Below are positions 35,955 to 50,797 of a DNA stretch of 64,000 bases, in pieces. The stretch is taken from the NCBI GenBank assembly GCA_951406725.2, contig OX597814.1:75826001-75890000 (forward strand). The letters run 5' to 3'. The notes beneath the pieces are model-generated. The model made no database searches. It was not told the origin of the DNA and saw only the letters and a program-made list of their open reading frames with translations. The stretch's first letter is position 1; every line of letters starts with the position of its first letter. The DNA is from Octopus vulgaris. Taxonomy: Eukaryota. The translations under genes were made by a program, and so were the position numbers.

Positions 35955-37232
35955 ATACAAGCCCCCTAGGACAAAAGCCCCCAAAACAAAAACCCCATCA
36001 TTAAAGTGGGAGAGTGGACAAAAAACCCTCAGATAAAAGCCCCATGATTATAGTTTTTGGTTATTTTTTGTTTTCTTTTCACCTTTTACTTGCTTCAGTC
36101 TTTTGACTGTGGCCATGCTGGGGTACCACATTGAAGAATATTTAGTTGAACATATCAATGCCAGAATTAAAAAAAATTTTTACTTGTTGCTGCAGTTATT
36201 AGACTGTGGCCATGCTGGAGCATGACCTTGAAGAATTTTTAGTCAAATGTATCGATGCCAGATTTTTTTATCTTTACTTGTTGCAGTTATTAGACTCCAG
36301 CCATGCTGGGGCACTGCCTTGAAGAATTTTTAGTTGCAGAAAAATCAGCATTTTAAAATTTAAATTTAAAGTCTTTTGTTTTCTTCTCTCAGCACTTACA
36401 GATTAATGAGAATAAGCTGACCTTTTGAACTTTCTCCAGCCATTGAAGATCTAATAGAATTATGGTGCTGAAGGCTAATTATTCAAACCTACACTCAGGA
36501 GGCTCAACATCAGAAGATCATTGTTTTTATGTTTCTACACATTTCTTGAAGTAAATGCTTTCCCTTTTGTTAGAATTCAGATAATATGTACATTGAGTAG
36601 TAAAGAGTCTTGTGTTCTGTTATTCTATTCTACTTATTTATTTTTAGTTGAATATATTTTGTTTACTTAAAAATTGGAATTTTGGAAAAATCAAGTTTGT
36701 TTTTTTACAACTGCAAATTCTGTTTTTGTTTATGTGAAATTATAAAAAGAAATTTTTATTTGTTATTTCTAGCATGTGGAGAGACCTAGGCTTAACTTCT
36801 TGTGCTGGTTGAAAATCACCTAAAAAAGATTCTGGAGTCAATACATAGTAGTAGTCCAATGACTGAAACAAATAAAAATATTTTTAGAAAATAAAAAAAT
36901 TGAAGTATAACCAAAAAATATAACCAAGGGGTTATAAAAAATTTTCAAGTGATTTAGCTGCTAATTCTAGAATGTGGAGAGACCTTCTAGGCTTCACTTC
37001 AGGTGTTGGTTGAAAATCATTTAAAAAATTCTGGGGACGATACATTCAACTAAAAATTCCTCAAGATGGTGTCCCAGTATGGCCACAGTCTAATGACTGC
37101 AACAAGTAAAAGGAAAAAAAAACGAAAAATAACCGTTATATATCTAACCATGAAGTTTTTGTCTGAGGGGCTTTTGTCCACTTTCAAACTGTAACTATGG
37201 GGCTTTTGTCTGTGGGGCTTTTGTCCAGATCT
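35955..37232. mobile_element. Foldback-like non-autonomous DNA element with long TIRs built of GACAAAAGCCCC repeats
   Basis: 35960-36075 is the inverse of ~37110-37230; internal SINE-tail repeats and a direct repeat at 36765/36965. Confidence 0.65.
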
Positions 37233-37459
37233 TGAGCCTCCCAGAGGAGAAGACTAAGGATCTAGACAATTGGCAGTTTGCTGTGCGTGAGAAGACTTTT
37301 CCAGCTAAGTAAAATCAAAGCCCAAAAATGTGTCATTTATGTCCATGCTCCTGCACGCAATCTGTCCACATGCTATCTCCCCAACATATCTCCTGTCCCT
37401 CACCTATTTCATCACTTCCCTCTATTTCCCACTCTCCCTCATGAACTTGCCTGCATACT

Positions 37460-37710
37460 ATCATCATCATCATCATCATTTAACATCTGTTTTCCATGCT
37501 GGCATGAGTTAGACACTGGAACTGATAAACCGGAGAGCTGCACCAGTCTCTAATCTGTTTTGGCTTGATTTCTACAGCTGGATGTTATTCCCAATGCCAA
37601 CCACCCCATAGAGTGTACAGGGTTTTTTGTACATGTCACCAGCCCAGGTGCCTTTTACGTGTCACCAGCACAGGTACCTTTTGCATGTTACCAGCAGAGG
37701 TGCCTCGTAC
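37460..37710 (-). mobile_element. RTE-related 3'-end fragment
   Basis: (CAT)n followed by the shared tail. Confidence 0.75.
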
Positions 37711-38267
37711 TTGTGAAATCTTTTCTCTACAACTCATTCTCCTAACACCCCTCCACCAACCTTTGCCCACTCACTACATCCCCCCTCAATCTCCCACTTT
37801 CCTTTTGCATCCTCACAAGCTTACTCACCCAGTCACCCTATCCAATCTCTGGTCCACTTCACTATATACACCTCCCTGTAACTTGGAAGTACGTCCCATC
37901 ACATCTTCACCATTTTGTTTCTCTCTTCTCTCTTTCTCTCTTTTGTCCCCTTTCTCTCTCTCACTTCATTCTCTCTCCTGTTGATGTAACTATGAATCTT
38001 CTCTACTGCAAGACATCTGTTTCTGTTCCACTATGCAGACTCTAACCTCTCACCACCTGGCACTAAGCCACCTCTCTCAATACTACTCCCCATTCAATTA
38101 ATTCACTGCTGCTGGTGCAGTGAAGTCACCAAGCACCCAATACATCCTGTTAAGTGGTTGGCATGAGGAAAGACATTTAACAATGGAAACCATGCCAAAG
38201 CAGTTTTCTGACTTTTCTGTAAAAAGTTCAATCCATGCCAGTGTGGAAGAAGGATATTAAATAATGA

Positions 38268-38430
38268 TTTCAAATTTTGGCACAAGTCCAGTAATTCTGG
38301 AGGAGGGGATAAATCGATTACATTGACCCCAGTGATAAACTGGTGCTTATTTTATCAACCCTGAAAGGATGAAAGGCAAAGTTAACCTCAGTGAAGTTTG
38401 AACTCCGAATGTAAAGACAGACGAAATGCT
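38268..38430 (-). mobile_element. SINE (second family) fragment inserted in an RTE tail
   Basis: gaaaggatgaaaggcaaagttaacctc matches the reverse of 40440-40480; ggatattaaataatgat is repeated on both sides. Confidence 0.75.
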
Positions 38431-38846
38431 TCAGGGAGGATATTAAATAATGATGATGTTGATGATGATGATAATGATGACATACTACCTATTTACAATA
38501 AAATAGACTGAGCCAGTGCAGTTAAGTATTTTAACCCTGAATACTGTGCACAGCTGTCAGTACTGAGATGTGAACTATCAGCCTCTTCATTCTACCAACT
38601 TTGTTTTGACTTCCCTGAAATCATAGATATACCCATAAAAGACACCCAGCTTTATACTAAACAATGTATTTTTAGTAGTTTTATTGGGAGTATACAATTT
38701 TAAGATTTAGGTCTTACATATGTGGCCCTTAATTTAAATATAATAGAAGAGTGTTTGTTGAGCTAGACCTAGCTATTGCATTGAGCAGGTCAGAAGGGGA
38801 AAATGAAGGAAGAGGAAGGGCAAGAACTAATAACGACAGTGTTGTC

Positions 38847-38871
38847 TAGTAGTAGTAGTAGTAGTAGTAGT

Positions 38872-38904
<33 letters not shown>

Positions 38905-38917
38905 CAGCAGCAGCAGC

Positions 38918-38951
<34 letters not shown>

Positions 38952-38965
38952 GTTGTTGTTGTTGT
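38847..38965. repeat. Compound (TAG)n(CAG)n(GTT)n microsatellite
   Basis: Direct reading. Confidence 0.95.
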
Positions 38966-40054
38966 ATTCTCTAACAGGAAGGAAGAAAGAATGAATGAAA
39001 AGAATTAAATGATCAATAGCATAAGAAATTTGGTGAATTGTGGTATCAAGAGACAGATGTAGGTAAAAATAATCTAGTTAATGCTATCTTAAGGATACTG
39101 AAACTGACAGAGAGGTCAGCAATAGACAAGAATGAGGAAGAGAGATAAAATCAATAACTCTGTCACTGTAGGTGACACTAATTCTAACCATTTAATCAGA
39201 ACTAGTTGACAGCTAAAGATGAAAAATCTTTACTTTCTATGATTAATTCAAATAATGACAGATAATAATTTCTAGGTTCCTTTTTATTTATGAATATATT
39301 TATTTACATATTCCTGCAAGGCTGAAGGTTAGCCAGGTTAGACAGTGAGTTGTCTCGCTCTCTCTCTGGGAATTAGGAATCATGAGTTCAAATCTCAGGC
39401 AAGTGTTCAGTACAAAATATATTTATTTTGCATTACTACATTTGGTCTGGCTATTATATATTCAATGGCCAAAATCACTGTCATCAATTTTATCCTAATC
39501 ATCGTTATTGTTGTTATCATAATTGTCACCACTATCATCATTGTCATCATTGTTGTTGTCATTCTCCTCCATCCACCTTCACAACCACCACCAGTGCCAC
39601 CACTGCAACTATTACTACTAGAGAGACATGGTCCTTGACCAGAAAGGATTTTACCATATGCTTATTATTTTTCTATTTCACATGTATTCTTCCATGATAA
39701 CATAAGAAGGAAGACTTCCATTGATAATTTTGTTTTAGGTTGCTGACCTTCCTACTACTCTCCACTCAACTATGAAATAGAAGCAAAACCTGTGGAATGT
39801 CAAACAAAACTGATGGTGAGTCACTGCTTTGCTTAGGGATACAACATAAATGATTATTGTAGTATGATTGGAAGTCATATCATTGTTTTGATCCTCAGGT
39901 CTCTACAATAATTAAATTAGGATACCAATCACTTAAGTAATTTGAACTAGTCTTCCTACTTAACAGGTAATTGGATATGGAGGACTCTGAAGACTCTTCC
40001 CTTGTGTACCCACTCCACTCAATCACTAGAAAGTTCCAAAAATTTAGTTTACTG

Positions 40055-40273
40055 GACACCATATTTATGTTGGAATGCATTACTTTTGTTTTGATTAGTT
40101 TTGAAAGTAATGAAGAATTTTGTAATATAACTTTGTCGTTATTAAGCTGGTGTTTGGGATATAAGTTAACATGAAATTTTGATGGAAGGTTATAATTTAG
40201 ATCACTTTAAAATAGAAAGTTTGTATCACAGAACCAGGTTCAGTCTCAGGTGGGTTGGTATCAAAAGAGTTAA
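40055..40273. mobile_element. TTAA-type MITE, family 2 (one intact end)
   Basis: catgaaattttgatggaa..ggttggtatcaaaagagttaa matches 35510-35587. Confidence 0.65.
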
Positions 40274-40354
40274 TACTCTAATAATTATTGCTGGATCATC
40301 AACTTTATTTTTAAGTTTGTACTTGTTTCCATTTTACTTAGTAGTCTTTGGTAA

Positions 40355-40565
40355 GGCAGCAAGTTGACAGAATCATAAGCATGTCAGACAAAATACCAAG
40401 TGGCATTTCTACTGGTTTTATGTTCTGAGTTCCTATTCTTCTGAGGTTGACTTTGCCTTTCATCCTTTTGGGTTGATAAAGTTAGTATCAGTTGAGCATT
40501 GGAGTTGATATAGTCGACTAACCCCTTTCCCCCTAATTTCAAGTCTTGTGTCTATAGTAGAAAGA
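40355..40565 (+). mobile_element. SINE (second family)
   Basis: gaggttgactttgcctttcatcctttt core; cccc..cttgtg..agaaag tail. Confidence 0.75.
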
Positions 40566-40791
40566 AAAAGTGGTCTTTGGCTACTATCATTGCTTTGATA
40601 TTGATGGATTTGTGACATAATAAAACCTGTTGGTCCAAGTCTTATACCCAGATGCAGTTAAGGCCTCATGAGGTTTAATTTGGTAACAAGGCAAAATACA
40701 TGGCATTTATAAAACTCTGTCTTGGCTTTTAAACTATCACTAGTAATTCTGGAATCCTTTCAGGTTTGATTGATTATAGACCAGTTAGTGA

Positions 40792-41130
40792 AGGTGCATG
40801 GGTCAGTGGTTACAGCATTGAGCTTACGATCGTGAGGGTGTGAGCTCGAATCTTGGACTGGGCTGCGTGTTGTGTTCTTGAGCAAGACACTTTATTTCAC
40901 ATTGCTCCAGTTCACTCAGCTGTAGAAATGAGTTGCAACGTCACAGGTGCCAAGCTGTATTGGCCTTTGCCTTTCCCTTGGATAACACTGGTGACATGGA
41001 GAGGGGAGGCCGGTATGCATGAGCAACTGTTGGTCTTCCATAAACAACCTTGCCTGGACTTGTGCCTGGGAGGGTAACTTTCTAGGTGCAATCCCATGAC
41101 TTGTGTCGTGACTGAAGGGGGTCTCAGTCA
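40792..41130 (+). mobile_element. tRNA-derived SINE (third family)
   Basis: tRNA-like head (tcagtggtta..gagctcgaatc) followed by gtgttcttgagcaagacact..cagctgt core. Confidence 0.75.
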
Positions 41131-41901
41131 ATTACTTTGCCACCTTTCTTTAGTCATATGTATCTGGACTTTTTCCATGCTATATTTTATTTCTTCTGTT
41201 GTTGTTTAGCACTTTGGCATCTCTGACTGACCAGGTTTCTCATCAAAAACGTTCCAGCTGTGATCATCCCATCATTTTCATCAGACCACATAATCCAATC
41301 TGTTCTTTCTCAAAGACCATTGGGTGGGATTTAATGATGATTAACTTGCTTGAACATTTCCAAGCTATATACTATATCTAATTGCTTCCTAGTCTATAGA
41401 AAATAGCTTTTTTTCATGTCTTCATATTTCCTAATTAATTCATATTATCTAGCCCTATTTTCAACTACTTATTATTTTCTGTTACTTACTTATTTAGTCC
41501 TCAGCTTATTCTATAATCATTCTCTATTTGTATGAATTCTTTCTGTCACTGGAAATTTGATGAATATATCTTGCCTATGTTAAATTTACAATAGTGTATT
41601 CTAAATCACGTCTTAGGTTTCCGTGTTTTCTTGTCTGTTTCTTCATTTACTTAATTTCCAATTAATTATACTAAGACTTTAGCTGATTACTGGGATAGCT
41701 ACTGTGTTCATACTAATTATTTTGACTGCTTAATTTTGTTCCCACACTAATCTGATTCTCTCATAGTATTCTTTTTTTAGATTTCTCCTTCATTTGTCTA
41801 TGCTGTGTATTCCCTGTCTAATTCATTTTAAATGTACTAGGAGAACAATCACAATTAGAATAGTTTCATCATAGTCTCTCCCTCTCTCTTTCTCTCCTGT
41901 C

Positions 41902-41953
<52 letters not shown>

Positions 41954-42014
41954 CTGTGTGTGTGTGCATGTGTGTGTAGACATGCACATTCATATATGTA
42001 TATATATACAATGT

Positions 42015-42100
42015 AGGTCTAGGTATGGCTGTATGGTAAGAAGTTTGCTTCCCAACCACATGGATCTGGGTTCAGTCCCACTGTATGGCATCTTGGTGTG
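42015..42100 (+). mobile_element. SINE 5' fragment
   Basis: Matches 33975-34050. Confidence 0.75.
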
Positions 42101-42487
42101 CATATATCCCTGTAACTTATTTGCTTATTGTTATTTCATTCTCTGTGAGAAGAATTTCTAATAGGAAATTTCTTACATGTTTATCCAACATGTACAACTT
42201 TGTCATTCCTATTAGAAAATGAAACATGTGTAATGGTGAATAAATAATACCAATAAATTTTCCAACTTCTTGTTTTGTTATATATGTTACACACACACAC
42301 ACACACAGACGCACACACATAGGTGATAACACAGATGGGTTGCATCCCATCTGTGTTATCATTTATTCTTTACCTAACTCGGAATCTTACATGTTTGGAT
42401 CTGAAGTCTATAGTTAATGGTGGAATATGTGCAATGAGTGTACTCCTGTATGACTTTGATGATATGCTGTGTATTCAGTCAGTTACT

Positions 42488-42535
<48 letters not shown>

Positions 42536-43502
42536 ACCAACAATATATAACTACATATATATAGCTTTTTATGTTTTGGTGTATGTAGAATACATTGTCC
42601 AATGTATTTCTTCTTCATTTTCAATGGGTGCTATCATTTAGCAAACTGAGCAAGGATATAAGATTTCCTTAGTACCATCCCTTTTATGAATCCTTCTTAT
42701 CTCAATAACCAGCACAATATCTTTGTTCTTGTATAATACTTCAGAGAAAAGTTTTAATAATCTATCAAATCCAAGGCATTTTCAGTTGCAAGTTTTTTAG
42801 ATGCTGTGGTAACTTTTTTGGATAATAATTCACCTGGTTTCTTTAATATTCTGGTTTTTGTTAAGTTTCTTCTGTAATCCTGCTGCCTTCTTCTTGTGGC
42901 TCAGAGAGTTTTTCCCAATATGTTTCCCCAATATTTCTCTACTTTTAGCTTTATTTCTAATATCTGTTATCAATGTTTTTTTCTTATTTAATCTTCTATG
43001 GAATATTCTGGAGTTACTTCTAAATAGTTTCTCATGTTTGAAAAAAAAAAAGCATATACACTTTTCAAATTGCTTAATATATATATTGTGTCTTTGCTAA
43101 GGATTCTTACCTTATTTCTCCGTTTTTATATTTTCTCTATTTCCATAAATATCTTTGCTGTTGTTTCTTTATTTTAATTTTTAACTTCCCTTTGTCTATT
43201 TTACTCAATATTGATGTATCTTTTTATTTTTTATATTTTTTGGTACCATTTTCTTTCATGTTATTGTAATCTGAGTCAGGGTTGTTCATTTGTCCCCTCA
43301 GGCATATATCTGTATTCAATTTTATACTTCAGCAGTAACTGCATAAGAAAAACTCAGTTTACAGTTTCAATGCTGACATTACCATTTCTTTCTAAGAACT
43401 CCCCAAATACCCTATTGCAAATGAAAGAGTTTCTATTTAAGAACTTTTCTAATCTATAATTGTTTTCTATATTTTTGTTTTCCTCTGTAAACTTGTTTAC
43501 CA

Positions 43503-43559
<57 letters not shown>

Positions 43560-43656
43560 CGTGTGCATGTGCATGCATGCATTTGTATGCTTCTTTGGGC
43601 TTATATGTTTCATTTATTTACTTAACCCATGCTAGCATGGAAAACGGACGTTAAAC

Positions 43657-43700
<44 letters not shown>

Positions 43701-44019
43701 ATTTTATTTTAAATCACAGTTGGTGAAAAATAGCATTGCTGGTAAGAGTTTTGCTTTTGGCCAGTTGCTTGTTCACTATATTTCTGATGGTAAAAGTGTC
43801 AAGGGAATACTTGTAATTCAATGCAGAATAAACATTGCAAGAGTCTTTATTTGTAAAATGCAGTGTTTTTTCTTTTTGTTTTTTGTTTTCGCACTAACTT
43901 TTATACCCTTCCCTAATATACATCCATGAAACATATCCACATGTACTCATGTTTATATGTACACAAATGCATGCCCCCTGCCACATGTAAAACACATAAA
44001 CATGTTTACACACACACAC

Positions 44020-44064
<45 letters not shown>

Positions 44065-44065
<1 letters not shown>

Positions 44066-44215
44066 GATGAGATTTCACCTAATTTCTGTCAACAAAATTT
44101 CTCCCACAAAGTATTGGTTAACCTAGGGCTATAGTAAAAGATATTTGCCCAAAGTGTCATTCAGTGGGAATGAACTTGGAACAATATGTCTTCAAAGTCA
44201 ACTTTTTAACCATCT
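44065..44215 (-). mobile_element. Degraded SINE 5' half
   Basis: Reverse similarity to 33990-34130. Confidence 0.6.
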
Positions 44216-44569
44216 AAAGTATTCATGTTTAACTCTTGATTATAGTTTTCTGAAGTATAATTAAAACTAGTAATTGAGATTAAGAACTAAGATTGTTTAC
44301 TACTGCTATTATTTGAAGATGTATCTTTTATTTCCTGGTGTCTGATGTATATACTTAACTTCCATTTGTAATTCTTACATGGTTCTAGAATTTTTACCTG
44401 TTTTCTTCGCTTGTTAATTGTGAATCTCTTAGATTAAATTTTCCATTCACTTACTACTTTCTTGTTTGCTTTTATCATATAGCCGTACATTTGATAGTCT
44501 ATTCCAGTCTAAATTACAGTCTACATTTTCTTCTTCATAAAGATAGTCTAATTCTCTTATTTATTATGT

Positions 44570-45465
44570 TTGTATAACCAAGGCAGGTGTAGAAGACTGT
44601 GCCTTTGTAGCATGTTGATGCATTCGCCATTTGTCAATATGGTCCCTTGTCCTCCAGGGCAACGTGTTGAGCAGAGTCCCAGTTTGTTCCCATCTCCATG
44701 AGACACTTCCTCATCTGCCATGACCATATGGCAACTGGTTGACAAACACGAGCTGTCAACCCAGCTGTATCTTCAGTGGAGAGAATGCAGCAAATAGGGT
44801 CTTACTTGGAAAATCAAGCAACATAACCAAACAGTCTGAGCTGGTGTTTCTGAATCATACAAGTCACAGGACACATTACAGTTTCTGAGTAGAGTCATTG
44901 GTTGGATATGAAATCTGAGCAGTAGTAACTCATAATCCTACAAGGCATCTTGATACCAAAGAAGTTCATGTGGCTCCTAAAGGCCCTGGATAGTGCCACA
45001 ACTATAGAGTCTCACAACTATCTCACAAATCTCATAACTGTTGAACAGGACAGGGAGGTCCAGAGACCTAAAGACATAAATCTTTGTCCACCTACACAGA
45101 TGTCAGCAGCACCAAACACTCTTGTTCAATGAGTCCACAACTGAACCAGCTCATCCAAGTCTTTTTAGGACTTCAGACTCACAGCTAATGCAGCTCAGAA
45201 TCTCACTGCTGAGGTAAGTGAAGCAGTCAACAACTTCAACGTTCTTATCCACAACAGAGACAAACAAGGCGGAGTCCTTCAAGAAACAAAGGACTGAATC
45301 TTTGTCTTGAACCAAGAGACTCTAAGGTCAAGTGGTTCTGCTTCCTTACTCAGTGAAAGGAGAGCACTCCTTAAGACATCCAGAGATTCAGCAACAATAA
45401 CTGCATCATCAGCAAAATCTAGGTCTGTAATTGTAGTTTCACCAATGAGTGTGCCACAACTCAAT
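44570..45465 (-). mobile_element. Degraded RTE-like LINE RT fragment
   Basis: ITDLDFADDAVIVAES..LRVSWFKTKIQ (ORF 45279-45464); VEVVDCFTYLSS downstream. Confidence 0.8.
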
Positions 45466-46207
45466 CAAGCCATCAGAAGAAATAGTGTCAGCATTTTGCC
45501 TGATCTGCTAACAATTCTGCCAAATCACGATTTTTTATGTGTGTAGAATAATGCTGTTACGAATTCAATATAATTCTACTATACATTTAGCCCACCCATA
45601 GTACTTACCATTGTGTGACACCTTGGGCAAACTTCTGTCATAACCTTGAATGACCTAAGCTTTTTGAATCAAACGGAAATTGCAGATACTTGTTTGATGG
45701 TTTCAGTCATGGAATTGTAATCATGCTTACAGTTGGAGTACTACCTTCAAATATTTTAGTCTATCATATGGACTCTAGCATTTTGCAAAGTATTTATTTT
45801 ATCATTCTCATAAGAGATGTGTCAACTGAAGGAAAAGGATATGATGCAGTTGACATTGGCATCACACAGTTTTCCCATCATGTTGATACACACAAACACG
45901 TACACATTCACACACACACATATTGTCCTCATCATCATCATTGTCATCATTATTGTTATTGTTATCATCATCATAGTTGTTGTCATTGTCACCACCATCA
46001 TCATAATCATCACGATTCTAAGTCTCCTTTCCATGCTGGCATGAGTTAGACAGGTTGTCACAGTCCAAGTCATTTGTCATTATGAGCTGCTGCTTCTATA
46101 GACTGGTACTCAATCATGCCATTTGGCTTAGTTTTTGTTACCGGATGTTGTTAACCCCAACTATTTTACACAGTGTACTGGGTATATTTTCTTGAGGCCC
46201 CTTGAGA

Positions 46208-46254
<47 letters not shown>

Positions 46255-46608
46255 GGTAATGGTTGTTACCACCTAAATGTGATTGTCCTGTACAGAGCAA
46301 TGTTGCTACTCATTTTACCCCCAAGAGGACACCTCCTCCAGCTGGTTAACAACGCAATATCTGTGTCCATTATATTGCAAATAAGGGATTGAACAACTCC
46401 CATCCAGTGGTGATAGGACCAGTAGACCAGCTGGTAACATTGTTTTGTATGGAACAACAATTGTTTTGTATGGTAACAATCATTACTTTTCAGTAGAGTT
46501 ATTACTTGTATCTCTTATAGAGATTTTAAACCTAGCTACTTTACTTGTTACATACATACATACATAAATACATACATACATACATACATACATACATACA
46601 TACATACA

Positions 46609-47790
46609 TACAGGTGAGTCAAAAAGTAATGCCATTTTGTTTAGGATAGGTATAATTACCAACACAGGAACCTGTATCACACATCAAAATGAAGCTGGTC
46701 CTCTGTGGATCACATCCCTACTTCTCAGCATAGTCACCATTTCTCTCAATAGCAATGTTCCACCTTCAAATGAGAGAATGTATCTCTACCCCGTAAAATT
46801 CTGTTGACTGTTCTTTGAGCCACTTCTTCCCTACAGTTTTCACTTCCTCATCACTGGAATAATATTTGCCTCTCAAACCCTCTTTCATGGGGCAGAAGAA
46901 ATGATAGTCTGGAGGCGCTAAATCTGGTGAGTATGGAGGATGTGGTAAAGTTGTCCACCCGAATGTGGCAATTGTCTCCCTTGTCCTGATGCTTGTGTGT
47001 GTTCGAGCATTATCATGCAGAAGGAGGACATTGTCAATTGGCAAGTTGGGTCTAACTCGTCAGATTCTTGCTCTGAGGGTTTCAATGTAGGCCTCAGAGT
47101 TTATTGTTTTTCCTTTTGGCAAGAAATAGACCAGAATGAGCATCCCAAAAGACAGCCGCCATGATTTTTCCAGCTGACTTTTGCGTCATGAACGTTTTCA
47201 GTGGTGGTGATGTAGAGTGATGCCATTTTGTTGATTGCCTCTTTGATTCCGGTTCATTATGATGAACCCATGCTTCATCACCTATTACAAGCCTTCAAAG
47301 AAAGTGCTGTCTCTTTGACTTTGTTTGAGAAGTTCAGTGCAGGAATTGATCCTGTCAGTCTTTGCATTTGGTAGTCAGCTCTCTCGGTACCCAATGGGCA
47401 TCCACTTTTGAAAAGCCAAGTGATTCGACAATGTTGTAAGCACTTCCATGGCCCACTTCAAGGTTTTCTGCCAACTCATCAAGAGTTATGTGCCTGTCTT
47501 CTCTGATCACAGCATCTGCTTTTGCTTTATTGGCAGGATTCACAGAAGCAGATGGATGGCCAGATCGGGATTTATCAGCTACACTTACAATTCCCACCTT
47601 TTCATCTTTCAGACGACGGACCCACCTGCATACATTGCTACAATCTAAAGTATTGTCCTCAAAGACATTTTGTAATCATCGGTGAATTTTCACAGGGATT
47701 TCCCCCTTAGCAACAAGAAATTCAATCACTGCTCTTTATTTTTGACATAACTCTAAGGGGGCAGCCATTTTGAATTTTCCTTACATTTAG
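46609..47790 (-). mobile_element. Degraded mariner transposon
   Basis: WVPRELT, LLLHDNARTH and PHPPYSPDLAPPDY motifs; TA-CAGGTGAGTCAAAAAGTAATG terminus at 46609. Confidence 0.9.
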
Positions 47791-50570
47791 CACTTACTAA
47801 TTTGGGTTGGCTGAAGTTGTTTTTGTTGATATATTCATACTTATGACATTTGTTTTATTCCTATTGGATAGAAAAAAAAACATTCTACAACAAAGATATA
47901 TGGTGAGATAAGGCATAATAAAGCATGTATAATTAATGAAGATTGAAAAAAAATGATTTATAAGTGGTTAACCTCCTTAGTATTAAACATATATGTGGGG
48001 GAGAGGAAGAGGAATAAACAGAGAGAGAAACAGTGTCTCAGGTATAGAGATGCTGGTTGTGGTTGCCCTGGAGATTGGGATATTAATGCTGATGATAAAA
48101 ATGGTGATGTTGACAAGGAGGCAAGAGGATAAAAGAGAACCTTTAATTAGGGATAACATATTGAAAAGAGCAAAGGTAAGATATTTAAAAAATAATAAAT
48201 AATAAATGGACCATAACAGTCATTATCAAAAACAGAAACAAAACAAAAAAAAACCCTTCATTTTGGTGCTAATTTTAAAGGACTGCAATATGTTGCTAAT
48301 GACAATGAAGAAATGATTTAGAGATTGATGTCAAATCATGATAAATATAACCTGTACCTACTTTTCCTGTTTATCATTTGTTAACTCATAACCTTGCCAG
48401 TTCTTAGTTTCCTCATCATCACTACAGTCTGTGTTTCCTCTTCTTCTCCTTCTTCCTCTCCCTCCTCCTCTTCTTCTGCCTTTCCTCCTCTTCCTCTTTT
48501 TCTCCTCCTCTCCCCCTGTCATCCTCCTCCTCCAAATCATCTTACCTCTTTTATCACCCCCCACCACCTGGAAGAGTAGTAAATTATGTATGCAAATATA
48601 CGAATATTGTCATCTCAGATAATATTAACGTAACTGAAAGGAAAGAACCTCATTGTCAGTTTTTTTTTGTTTTTTAAGTCAGGTCAGGAGAGTAGGGTAG
48701 TAACCATGATTCTTCACAGGATCTCTGAGATTAGTAGGAACAAAGAAGAGATCTTCAAACTGGAGGTCTAGTTTGAATGCTCACAACAGAGTGGATTTTG
48801 CTTAATGCAATCAAGGTACCTGGTGGTAGTGTTAAACCAAGTAACAAATTAATTCAACCACCTGAGTAGGCTAAACAAGAATGCATTTTGCACCAAAAGC
48901 AAATATGAGAGTTTCTCTCATAGTGTCTAAAGGAACATCATTGTTTAAGGGAGGATAAACATTATCTCTTAGTATTAATACTGCCTCTGTCACAAATATA
49001 AATTTCTTAACAAGCTCACTGAGTAATCTCAACATCATCACCTGTTCTGGCACTGTTTTCCTATATATCACTGACAAGGAGATGAGTTGCTGCTATTTCT
49101 AGCAGTCAAGTGTCCATTATTGACAAGATCAAGGAGGTTTGAAATCATGTGATCTAGTGGTTTTGGTGCTGGAGGTGACAGGGATTTATCTCTCCACTAG
49201 CAATATAAACTAGAGTGCAATTTACGCCAAAAGCCAATATGAGAGTTTCTCTTGTGGTATATACCGCAGTATTTGTTCTGGTAGAACATTCACATTAAAG
49301 TGAGGATACTGTCTCTGTTGCAAATATATAAATACTGCAGGACATCTGATCCAACATTCTAAACAGTTCTGCCTATCCATTTTCATGGACTCATACTTTT
49401 TAGCTAACTTTGGCAGAATTTGAACTCAGAATACAAAGGGAATTAGAATAAATGCTTAAAACATTATATCTGATGCTCTAATGATTCTATTATTCCACTG
49501 TGTAGAAAATCTATCTCAAGAAATTCTATGAGATCCATGCCAACATGGAACAGTAAATGATGATGATATATCTTCATCATCATCATCATCATCATCATTG
49601 TGTGTATGTGTGTGTGTGTGTATAACACAGTTTCCATCCACTAAATTCACTCACAAAACATTGGTTAGCCTGGTACTAAAGTAGAAGACATTTGACTGAA
49701 TGCCCTTTGTTAGCAGCTGTCAGTGTCAACTGAGTCTATCATGGCTTCTGGACTACAAGACTGTCTGTAGGCTTAAGGGCCTGTTCTGTTCTGTATCAAT
49801 ATTATAATGGAGTAGGTTTTCTGCAAATCAGGATGGCTTCATTGTAGTACAAGGCAGCTTCTTTTTTCTGCATTTTACAATGATATTTCTGCTTGTATCT
49901 TCAGATTTTATGTCTCCTTGCTTTCTAATAAAACTAAGTGAATCTTGTGATTCTGAAGTCGATCCCTTGATTTTTTGAACAGAAGTAGACCATTTTCATT
50001 TATAGTTTTGCCTGTTATCTCCACAACGTCTCACTAGGAAGTAATTTATAAAAAGATAAAGTTTACTGAAGATTTAGTTAGGTCTTTGCTTGACCTTCCA
50101 TCCAATTCTGTTTTTTCCTTTCTACTATTTCAACCAGTAGTTCTCCATTTCAATACAAATATGGCTACCATCATCAACTTCAAAAGTAGAGAGAATTTTT
50201 ATGTCATCACACAAACAAGCTGACTGATCTATTCAACAGCAACAAGACTGCTACAATTACAAGTCTTTTAAACAGGGAGGATAAAATGGACTATATAAAC
50301 ACTGATATGTGATAGTAGTTTCTTTGTCTGCTACAATTACAAACCAACAAGGGGTTCTCCATGCAATCACTTGATTTGTTAGAAATAGTAGTCAAATCAC
50401 TCTCAGATCATACCTTTCTGTCTTATAAATGATGAGGATAAGATGGACAAGATAAACACTGGTATGTGATGGCAGTTTCTTTGTGTCACGAAGAGTGTCT
50501 CATCCTCAAGTGCTATGTGAACCAATTCTTGATTCTGCTGGGCTTTTCTTCTGACCTGTGTTTAGTAGTT

Positions 50571-50797
50571 TCAACCACTTAGTATTTAAACTAGCCATAT
50601 CTGGCTCAGATATTCTGTGCCTTATGTTCAAACCTGCCAGATCCAGCCTCTCACACCTACCCTACAATGTTAGTCAAAAAATTATACAGTCACATCATCA
50701 AAGTCTCAAAGCTACAAGATGATACATGATTAATTTAAAACAATGTAAATAAATAAGCATTACATTAGACAAAGTAATCTAAATGCTAAAGGGTTCA
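50571..50797. mobile_element. MITE family 1, opposite orientation
   Basis: Reverse complement of the 21125-21346 copy. Confidence 0.75.

Noticed and set aside
48885-49335. Short degenerate direct repeats (also 50278/50437 and the 26-bp pair at 55921)
   Set aside because: Ordinary local duplications with no further structure.
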